This document shows, piece after piece, positions 8,901 through 15,877 of a stretch of 32,000 nucleotides of DNA; position 1 is the first letter of the stretch; every line of letters begins with the position of its first letter. The notes below the pieces were generated by a model. The model saw nothing but the letters and a program-made list of their open reading frames with translations, ran no database searches and was not told the DNA's origin. Both the position numbers and the translations under genes were made by a program. This stretch comes from Candidatus Hermodarchaeota archaeon (lineage in GTDB: Archaea > Asgardarchaeota > Heimdallarchaeia > Hodarchaeales > Hodarchaeaceae), in contig JBHLKY010000016.1 in the NCBI GenBank assembly GCA_048886185.1, forward strand, positions 60,001 to 92,000, read 5' to 3'.

Positions 8901-10355
8901 TTAGTAGTAGAGTTAGATACTGACGGTATATGGCTTTGGGTTCCTAAATCATTTCCCTTGGACTTTTCTGTTACACTTAATAGTCCCTATAAAGAATCCA
9001 AAACATATAAAGTGAGTCTTATAGATAAGGTTCTTAATGAGAAAGTTGCTTCTTTTTCAAGGAACGACAACTATTGGATAAATGATGGAGAAAGAATTAG
9101 ACATACAAGTAAGAATCTTATTCAATTCGAACAAGATGGACCATACGACTTCCAGTTTGTAATGGGTAAAAAGAAATATATTGTATATAATTTTAATCAT
9201 AAAACCCAGACATGGATAGAGAAAGAATTAACAGGATTAGAATCTAAGCGCGCTGACTTCTCTAAACTACAAAAATATTTCCAAGAAAGGATTATCAATG
9301 CTTATTTAGCCCAATATAATCCTGATAATCCTATTACGCTTTCCCAGATTTACGAAAACGCAAAAAAAGAAGCTAATCAGATTCGTTCCGAACTAGTAGA
9401 CAGGAAAATGGATCCAAGCTATTTTGTAAAACCAAAAGCGATCAACAAGCCATTACGGGCATATAAATCCAATCTTCCACAAGTATCGGCCGCTTACATC
9501 TTAAAAGATCTCGGTTATTCTGTAGATCCAGGTACACGGATACAGATGTTAAATATAAAGGGAAATCATGTCATCCCTAAACAAGTTTTTGATTTTGATT
9601 TTAACACAATAAAAAAGGTTTTGATAAAACACGCGATCGCTACTCTTAGCTTTATGCTAGGGGAGCTCAGTACAAAAGAAGATTTACAAAAATTGATTGA
9701 TGTTAATCAATATATTGAAGATGTGTTTGGTCCTGGACGAATTTACGAACGGATGGTTGAGTTTCCCATGGAAGCTCAACAATTACCTAGTCAAGTACAA
9801 AGAGAGCTGGATCTAATCGATATTCCAACTTCTCAAGTAGAGGAAACACCTATCCATGACCAAAAACCTAGGTTAAAGAAAGAAAAGGTAAAGAAATCTG
9901 TGGCGAAGACAAAAAAACCAATTAAGGTTAAGAAATCTCCAAAAATAAAGAAGAGAAAACCAAAAGGTTTAACCAGTCTATTTCAACAAGAGACATCCAC
10001 AGATGCATTAGTATCATCAAAATCGTTGAATGAATACAAGGAAGTAAGAGAAAAGGAGATATCAAAATCTATAAGTGAGCTAATTGCTGAACCCACACCT
10101 AGTTCCTTAATGACAGGGATAGTCTCCAAACCTGAAGAATTAAGTGAAGAACATCCTCTTGTTTCATCAGAAGAGATCGAGGAATTAGAAACAAATGGAA
10201 TTTTCGTGCATGGGGAAGAAAGTAATGACCAATATGAATTAGATATACCAAACGAAGAACAAATGGTCTGTTCTGAATGTGGGGCATTAATAAATTCTCT
10301 AGAAATTATGAATGAGGGATGTACATTCTGTGGAAGTGGGCGACCCCTTAGATAA
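5994..10355 (+). CDS. polB: Family B DNA polymerase, DNA polymerase epsilon catalytic-subunit-like
   Basis: Exo I FDIET (D217/E219), Exo II GRFDIPFL, Exo III YAGCD, Pol A HVDVTSMYPS (D669), Pol B KVPLNSIYG, Pol C ELDTDGIW (D975/D977). Pol epsilon-specific segments: EADVLFHHRCAIDHNVRVGTWY, GGLVEAKRPGIWRSD, CysX, FEQDGPY, ELTGLESKR. C-terminal C4 zinc finger. Confidence 0.93.
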   Translation: MSKQGQMKSFNPGYRSWFTPFRYNQRGQIPIFILDYETHSEWEDTYEEYPQYENREYGKSTLINGIQIYFLDEEYQKHKAFLRHAPYYYLLLEKNLPLQEINRIINQIREVGEKQVVKVEKGEYFDAADLTFLVKQSFLKVTADRPGSVPNLRAKTEEISGVEEWREADVLFHHRCAIDHNVRVGTWYLAEINQGEIRSLSPIPDKTPPHLRLLAFDIETDFERTRDPNPNKDEISMISIFTGSENRLIINSKVVNTKDIKSFDILLRQMDDDHPKPWVDWEYSETPKVSSDVIERYSIQVIIVKSEKELIQLFYQYVDEYRPDVITDFFGGRFDIPFLAIRSEKHNISFERETGFEIKFKIQRRNLSRKDLNKYYSSAHIDHVAGAGIIHLDAYLFNEKYSYLPKKDLGLKPSVKKKLKIIPIGREALFNIKNDPVSAAAYAGCDGYITWKYVRELVLDFFISMGQIFPVPASELLTRRAGSLDDLLIDAEDYQHQIIGKRRIGKTDFHSFSPNIIIESLAYTGGLVEAKRPGIWRSDLYYDYSVNKEALLELKEIIQNIIVKESNLLAKKVIKEEFEQQLLAKLGEVKVEYIEDPIQYLKQIETVLLKNGIPPQERSKKLNSIRNVLEKISTLQPENVEEVTTKVLTQIDELTSLNGKTQLRGVHVDVTSMYPSQIRQYKLQPSSIVSLTRCQVCQLYEKDNSCFFEGDWVIKFTANRPCRFKDTGPSKCSSTVCSAKNEAQCKRYDPTQNGITRSQEIFAFDGKKTEAFILKNGLGIEKVPVNQTYLGSSLSGKDPFVALQQWLRNSIEATQLTTRLGENHFDIFEDTPEVNLPRNSFLSLDVRTKKMTILLSVNSRVCQKAYNFVARIMDDFFATRVRHKIEAKRLSQIISQRRIQKKEIPAKLQRQQKFHDSTQIGMKVPLNSIYGLLGMKGGVRNASMPCAGITTKLSADLIFWAANQLEQIGLVVELDTDGIWLWVPKSFPLDFSVTLNSPYKESKTYKVSLIDKVLNEKVASFSRNDNYWINDGERIRHTSKNLIQFEQDGPYDFQFVMGKKKYIVYNFNHKTQTWIEKELTGLESKRADFSKLQKYFQERIINAYLAQYNPDNPITLSQIYENAKKEANQIRSELVDRKMDPSYFVKPKAINKPLRAYKSNLPQVSAAYILKDLGYSVDPGTRIQMLNIKGNHVIPKQVFDFDFNTIKKVLIKHAIATLSFMLGELSTKEDLQKLIDVNQYIEDVFGPGRIYERMVEFPMEAQQLPSQVQRELDLIDIPTSQVEETPIHDQKPRLKKEKVKKSVAKTKKPIKVKKSPKIKKRKPKGLTSLFQQETSTDALVSSKSLNEYKEVREKEISKSISELIAEPTPSSLMTGIVSKPEELSEEHPLVSSEEIEELETNGIFVHGEESNDQYELDIPNEEQMVCSECGALINSLEIMNEGCTFCGSGRPLR

Positions 10356-10725
10356 TGATTCGTCATATAATAGAAATTAATCTCTAACCTTGGTTTTTAG
10401 TATAATGAGAACTAAAGGCGTCGTAGTGGACTTTTCACATATAAAATCAATACTAAAATTCCTCCTGTGATCGCAATACGAGTGAGTAAGGGAGAGAGTA
10501 ATACCCAGAGGGAGCAGAAAAAGAGCAATGACAAGGTTAAGATCACGGAAGGAGTCAGGATCAGTGAGTGGTCCTTTCTTAACTAGATGATCCAATAAAA
10601 AGGACGACAAAGAGATCAAACCAGAAGGAGCAGAGTAAGTTGATATAAAAATAATTTTTTTAAGTAAATTATTTACCTATAAAATGATGATCTCCGTTTA
10701 AAGAAAATTTCCAAGGTTAAAAGAA

Positions 10726-11664
10726 ATGCAGACAATTGAATTTGGAAAAACAAATCTAAAGATATCTCGAATAGGCTTAGGAACGCTTGCTTTTGGTCAT
10801 CCAACAAAAGGAATTCAAGATAAGAAAGAAATCTACGATTGTCTTAATTTCGCACTTGATAATGATATTAATTTAATTGATACTGCAGAGGAATATTCCC
10901 GTGGTTTGACAGAGAATTTTATTGGTGACGTGATAAAAAAACGAGGAGATCGTGAAGATCTAGTATTGGTTACGAAAGTTTCATACAATCACTTAAGTTA
11001 TCAAGACGTCATAAAAGCAGCAAATCAAAGCTTAGAGAGATTACAAACAGACTATATAGATTTATATTTAATTCATTGGCCCAATTGTTACTTTCCTATT
11101 TCTGAAACAATAAAAGCAATGGATTATCTATTAACTGAGGGGAAAATAAGATCTGTAGGTGTGTCAAATTATCCAAATGCATTAGTGCAAGAAGCTATGG
11201 ATAATTTACAGAATGGAGAGATAATAGTGAATGAACTAGAATACAATCTAATTAATCGAAATATTGAGAAAGAAATTCTACCATTTCTAAGACAACAAGA
11301 AATTACTGTACTGGCATATTATCCGTTATTGAGTGGTTTCCTAACAACTAACTATGATGAAAATACAATCTTTCTAGAAAATGATTTTCGAAATCATTGG
11401 GAATTATTTAAACATAAAGAGAATTTCATTAGATCACAAAACCTCTTTGAAACAATAAGACAAATTGCTATAAAGAATGATGTTAGTCCTGCTGAAGTAG
11501 CTATTAATTGGCTATTAAAAGATAAAGACATAATACCAATCCCCGGAGTAAAGAAAAAAAGTCAAATAGAGAACAACATTCATGCTACACAATGGAATTT
11601 AACAAGGGATGAAATATCTCGATTAACAACTATTACCAATAATCTTGAATTGAATATGTGGTAA
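10726..11664 (+). CDS. Aldo/keto reductase
   Basis: ISRIGLGT, IDTAEEY (Asp/Tyr), LVTKV (Lys), DLYLIHWP (His), GVSNY, IPIPG: the AKR catalytic tetrad and NADP-binding motifs. Confidence 0.93.
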   Translation: MQTIEFGKTNLKISRIGLGTLAFGHPTKGIQDKKEIYDCLNFALDNDINLIDTAEEYSRGLTENFIGDVIKKRGDREDLVLVTKVSYNHLSYQDVIKAANQSLERLQTDYIDLYLIHWPNCYFPISETIKAMDYLLTEGKIRSVGVSNYPNALVQEAMDNLQNGEIIVNELEYNLINRNIEKEILPFLRQQEITVLAYYPLLSGFLTTNYDENTIFLENDFRNHWELFKHKENFIRSQNLFETIRQIAIKNDVSPAEVAINWLLKDKDIIPIPGVKKKSQIENNIHATQWNLTRDEISRLTTITNNLELNMW

Positions 11665-11831
11665 AAATTAGGAATATTCTATAACAGATGCGCAATAACC
11701 AACGTTATAGACAATTTTTTATATAAATTTGTATATAATATTACAGTTATCTGTTCACACTCATCTTTATTCCTCCAATACACACCAAACTGATTTATCA
11801 GCTTATTCTCCTCTCTTAAAGAGAAAAAAAC

Positions 11832-12929
11832 TCATTTTAAATTTACTCTATTTTTGAGTCGTTCAAGAGTCGCAAGTTGCTGCTTAAGTTTTTCACCATA
11901 TTCTTTGAATTGAGGAATATCTGACTCTTTTACAATTTTAGTTTCGAGAAAACGAGTGATATTTAAAAGAATTTCTTCAAAAATCCACTGAGTCTTAATT
12001 AATCGTGATAAAAGGGTAAAATTAGCGTTTTTATTCTGTTGTTTTGCCATTACTGAAACTATCTCTGATTTGATTGATTGAATATTTCCCAATCCTTTTT
12101 CAAATTGAGGATGAAAAACTTCTTTTAGTTCTAAAATAGACCATGGATTTTTACGCCAATAATAACACCTATACGGTTCAGGATGGGTATATCCTAATTT
12201 TTGCGCTAGCTTCACAGATAATGGATTTGCTGCATCCCAATGTGGTTCAATCCCTTTTATTAAACAATATTCAATCATCTTGGCACTTACTAATGTTGCA
12301 AAACCTCTTCCACGGTAATCTGGATGAGTTGCAATATACAATTCAAGACTCTGAGTAATTGGGACAGATGCCAAAAACCCCATCACAATGCACAAAATTG
12401 TTTCATTTTTCTGAATACAGAACCCTACACCTTCTTCGATAAATTTCTCGGGACTTCCAAAATAATTTTTCATTTCTACCAAATAAGTTGAAAAATTTTG
12501 ACTTGGGATTTGTTTTACTGCTTCTATATCAATCTTCTTCAGCTGAAATCCCTTAGGTAATGGACTGAATATCCCACGAATATTCTGTAGTGATAAACTC
12601 TTAGGAGAAAGTTCAGTACGTGGAATATATCCAAAATATGTCCATTGAGGTTTAAGACTTGATTCCCATTCTTGTGAGGGTACGTAGATATATGTTTTTT
12701 CTGGAATTTTCACTAAAAACTCTTTTAAATCCTCAGCTTTGTTATTTCCTGCTAAGAAACAAGGCCCTTGTTGACACAGAAACATTACTACCTCTGGATT
12801 TGTCAGATTATTCACAAAACCTCTCACATTGGACCACACTAAATTTTGGGCTAGTATGTTCCTAATTTTATGTCTTTCAAAATAAGGCCAAAAATCTATT
12901 AATTGGTTCTGTGGTATTTGTTGGATCAC
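11832..12929 (-). CDS. GNAT-family N-acetyltransferase with C-terminal helical extension
   Basis: Acetyl-CoA motif IATHPDYRGRGFAT, then WDAANPLSVKLAQKLGY. Confidence 0.88.
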   Translation of the reverse strand: MIQQIPQNQLIDFWPYFERHKIRNILAQNLVWSNVRGFVNNLTNPEVVMFLCQQGPCFLAGNNKAEDLKEFLVKIPEKTYIYVPSQEWESSLKPQWTYFGYIPRTELSPKSLSLQNIRGIFSPLPKGFQLKKIDIEAVKQIPSQNFSTYLVEMKNYFGSPEKFIEEGVGFCIQKNETILCIVMGFLASVPITQSLELYIATHPDYRGRGFATLVSAKMIEYCLIKGIEPHWDAANPLSVKLAQKLGYTHPEPYRCYYWRKNPWSILELKEVFHPQFEKGLGNIQSIKSEIVSVMAKQQNKNANFTLLSRLIKTQWIFEEILLNITRFLETKIVKESDIPQFKEYGEKLKQQLATLERLKNRVNLK

Positions 12930-13183
12930 TTCTGACCGCTCATTCTTGCTTTTAGCTACTAGAATAGAGAACGATGATTCTAGCTGGGGGAAAATATCTG
13001 ATGTATTGAAGTCTTTAAGAACTCCTGAAGAGGTAAGTAAGATGCAAAAGTCGATACTACTCCCCCAACTATACTACATATTCAACCAGTATTCGCTGTG
13101 ATAATGTTCATCTCATATCAAGGTCGTTCATTCAGTTGTAGATCCTATCACATCTAGTATTTATAATAGTAAGCATATAATTT

Positions 13184-13343
13184 TTATTTGCTAAAACCCT
13201 TCAATTTCTTGCTATTTCTAGGAATAGGATCACCTTGAAGGCCTTCTATACTTTCCAAAATACTATTTATCAAAGCTTTTTCGAGTTTCTTCAAATCTTT
13301 ATGAGCTGATCATTTGTATACTAGATTGAAGTAAATTAAACAT
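13184..13343 (-). pseudogene. relE: RelE/ParE-family toxin remnant (N-terminal half)
   Basis: Hand translation YFNLVYK*SAHKDLKKLEKALINSILESIEGLQGDPIPRNSKKLKGFSK* matches the RelE pattern (A-x-KDLKKL ... I..L..DP.P..SKKLKG). Internal TGA at 13310-13312, premature TAA at 13184-13186, and the nearest ATG (13343) is out of frame. Confidence 0.62.
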
Positions 13344-13639
13344 TTTATTGCTTGTTCATAGATTAGTAGATTATACCCTAGTGAGAGAATACCAACATAT
13401 ACTGAGATTTTTCCACTTATCGCTTGTTTTATTACATTTTTTATAGCGTTTTATATAAAAAACTAGTCTTATCCAACGCTATGTTCGCAATTTATACAAA
13501 ACCAGTTGGTCATTCAACATAAGGAAAAATCTATAGCATAAGAAACATTATAAAGCTGAGTTTTTTCTAGAAATTTAATCAAAGACATTGAAAACGATAA
13601 ATTTCATTATCAAACTGCTGCTAATGCGAACACCATCAG

Positions 13640-14692
13640 ATGAAAACGAAGAACTTGAGAAAGGATTCCAGTATGGAAAAAGAAGAAAAAAAGGGCTCAT
13701 CTAAACGATCACCTATATTAGTATTGATCATGGGAGTAATTTTCGCGTATAGAGGACTTGTGATCTTCCCTCTTTATCATGTTCATCTGTTGGTAACTAT
13801 TTTTGACATTTGTGCGCTAATCCTTACAGGGATATTCCTCGCTATCTTAACGATTCGTAAGTACTCAAAGATAATCATCTTATTTTTAGGACTGGTTTGG
13901 TTTCTCCCCCTCTTCCCTTGGGTGTGGTATTTAATTTCCATTTGGTATTTTTTTCAAATGCTCAGGTTTTTTGGAGTCGAACTGCTTTTTCCTTTGATTG
14001 TCTTCACTAGTCTAATAGTATCGTTGATCCTTTGGAAACTGATGAAAAATATGTTCAAAACACATTATTACTCTGTCTATTTAAAAAGATTTAAACTTCA
14101 ACCAGAAACCTTAGTTGCTCTCGTTATTGTCACATTAATCGTTTTGGCAACACCTCTCCCGAGATTATCTTATAATTCGATTAGTTACAATTATGAGGGG
14201 GATCAAGAGGTTATCAATAATTACCTTCAACTTGAGATCAACCAGTACTTTCCTGAATTAGAAGCGTTTCTCAGTGACACTTGTACAGGATGGGCGTCAT
14301 TTGATTTGGTTCCTAACTACATTGGGGCAACAGAAAGAAATATATATACTAATTCCATCCTTTCTTCAAAATATAAGGCGAAATTCTGGATGAAAATAAG
14401 TGCAACAACGAATGACACTTTGCTAGGTCAGGAGATTATTCAAGAAGCTGATAACCGCGAATATAGATTTGGATTTTGGAATAATTCCTTTCAAGACCTT
14501 TATTTGAATGATATGACGTTTTTCAGCAATTTGTCACAGGTGGGAGGACCTATTTACGTTATCAGAGAATTCATTCGGTGGGATAACATGGTTGGGACAG
14601 ATATGCGATTTCAACAGTTTGTGGCTTTCTTTCCCGTTAATAATTCAATTATTACTATACTCTCTGGATATGAGATAGGGTGTTATGATTAA
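13640..14692 (+). CDS. Hypothetical membrane protein: about 5 N-terminal TM helices plus a C-terminal soluble (probably extracellular) domain
   Basis: Successive hydrophobic stretches in the first 175 aa, then a polar, Asn/Thr-rich domain with NxS/T sequons. Confidence 0.8.
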   Translation: MKTKNLRKDSSMEKEEKKGSSKRSPILVLIMGVIFAYRGLVIFPLYHVHLLVTIFDICALILTGIFLAILTIRKYSKIIILFLGLVWFLPLFPWVWYLISIWYFFQMLRFFGVELLFPLIVFTSLIVSLILWKLMKNMFKTHYYSVYLKRFKLQPETLVALVIVTLIVLATPLPRLSYNSISYNYEGDQEVINNYLQLEINQYFPELEAFLSDTCTGWASFDLVPNYIGATERNIYTNSILSSKYKAKFWMKISATTNDTLLGQEIIQEADNREYRFGFWNNSFQDLYLNDMTFFSNLSQVGGPIYVIREFIRWDNMVGTDMRFQQFVAFFPVNNSIITILSGYEIGCYD

Positions 14693-15407
14693 AGAAACTC
14701 GCAAACATTAGAACTATGGGATAATAAGAGTAGTAACCATTCTCAACAGAAGTCTTATTTTATCTTGGAATCCTGATTTTTCCTGTAATTATTTTTACTC
14801 CAAAGATAATTGAGTATACTTCCTCAGTGGATTATATCATAGAGTACCGTAGACATTTTGACTTTATCCTCCAGAATTTACTGAATGGTTTATTAATTGC
14901 TAATTTTTCAAAAGAAATGTTCTTATATTCCTTAATTCCGTCAACTAAGAATATTTGAAGAATCTGATTACCTCCCAGGTAATATTCATTTAATCAGTGT
15001 TATATCTAAAATTATATCCCTTTTTATATAAAATGGTAGACGTATCCAACGATAAACGAAATTTTGAAATGATTCAATATTCAGAACCTTGTTTTAACAC
15101 ATATAAAGATTATTTGATGAAAACCAGTTTTAAATATATAAATCTCTGTTTGACGACTCCTCGCTCTTTTTTCATAAAATCATGTCTGTATTATCTAATA
15201 ACATTATATTAGTTCTTCTAAGGATTTTGTTATAACGTTTCTGTCATAAAAAAGTTACAACTGCTCTTTATGTCAAAAGGAGTTTCTTTCTAAGCAGGAC
15301 TTGAATCAATATCAGAAAGATGCATGAGCGGAGTATGATTATCAAGAATCACGATTTTACGGAGGAATCAAATCCTTCAGGATTTCCCTTATAATAACCT
15401 AGATGCA

Positions 15408-15641
15408 GTGAAATCCAGAGAATTACAAAGGCTGGTGATGGAGATAGCAAGGAAACAGGGAGTCGAAAGAACGGAGTATAAGTTTACACTAGAGGAACTA
15501 AGGGGAGGGGATGAAATGGGGGACATACTTGGGACTTTTCAAGAAAGTATTCATATTGGAGAAAACCCCAAAAGTGTCCTGACTGAAATTCATTTAAATA
15601 AGAGAATCACACGAGCCGAAAACGAATGGGAGGAAAGATAA
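15408..15641 (+). CDS. Short ORF, possibly a fragment of a decayed gene
   Basis: GTG-started 77 codons in a strongly purine-rich stretch. The same frame continues upstream to an ATG at 15270 through two stops. No family recognised. Confidence 0.3.
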   Translation: MKSRELQRLVMEIARKQGVERTEYKFTLEELRGGDEMGDILGTFQESIHIGENPKSVLTEIHLNKRITRAENEWEER

Positions 15642-15852
15642 AATAAGAGATTCCTGAAAAAAAAGGGTAATCCTTTTAGGAGAAGGTTCAATCAATGTTA
15701 GTCAACTATTGCGAGATTTATTGCCCTTAAGGTATAAATACCGCATTGCAACGGCTTAAAAGTCCACTTCGTACATCTCATACAGAATAGTGTATAGGAA
15801 GATTCCAGCGGAAATCCTATCAATACCCCCTCTAATCGCTCGTTATAGATGG

Positions 15853-15860
15853 TTTATATA
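15853..15860 (+). promoter_or_regulatory. Candidate TATA box for a leaderless transcript of the 749-aa membrane protein
   Basis: TTTATATA begins 25 nt upstream of the TTG start at 15878, the archaeal TATA-to-TSS spacing; no SD-like sequence present. Confidence 0.45.
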
Positions 15861-15877
15861 CGAAGGTTGAATGTAAC

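Noticed and set aside
6088-10366. Minus-strand ORFs 6088-6285, 6530-6772, 9983-10366, 10099-10287
   Set aside because: Antisense to (almost entirely inside) the polymerase gene; composition mirrors its codon bias.
10377-10640. 80-aa minus-strand ORF and a second hydrophobic frame (ILTLSLLFFCSLWVLLSPLLTRIAITGGILVLILYV) suggesting a frameshifted membrane-protein relic
   Set aside because: The minus strand here is pyrimidine-rich, which yields hydrophobic translations in every frame; there is no convincing start or family motif.
12143-12865. Plus-strand ORFs 12143-12358 and 12659-12865
   Set aside because: Antisense shadows within the GNAT gene.
12930-13073. 48-codon open extension upstream of the GNAT GTG start
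   Set aside because: No start codon before the in-frame TAG at 13074-13076, so it cannot be supported as coding.
14997-15212. 71-aa ORF as an independent gene
   Set aside because: Very AT-rich with no motif or RBS; treated only as part of a possibly decayed region.
15368-15388. Short hairpin AAATCCT-TC-AGGATTT (also GGTAT-AA-ATACC near 15731) as IS ends or terminators
   Set aside because: Stems of 5-7 bp with 2-nt loops are expected by chance; no matching terminal inverted repeats or target-site duplication found.
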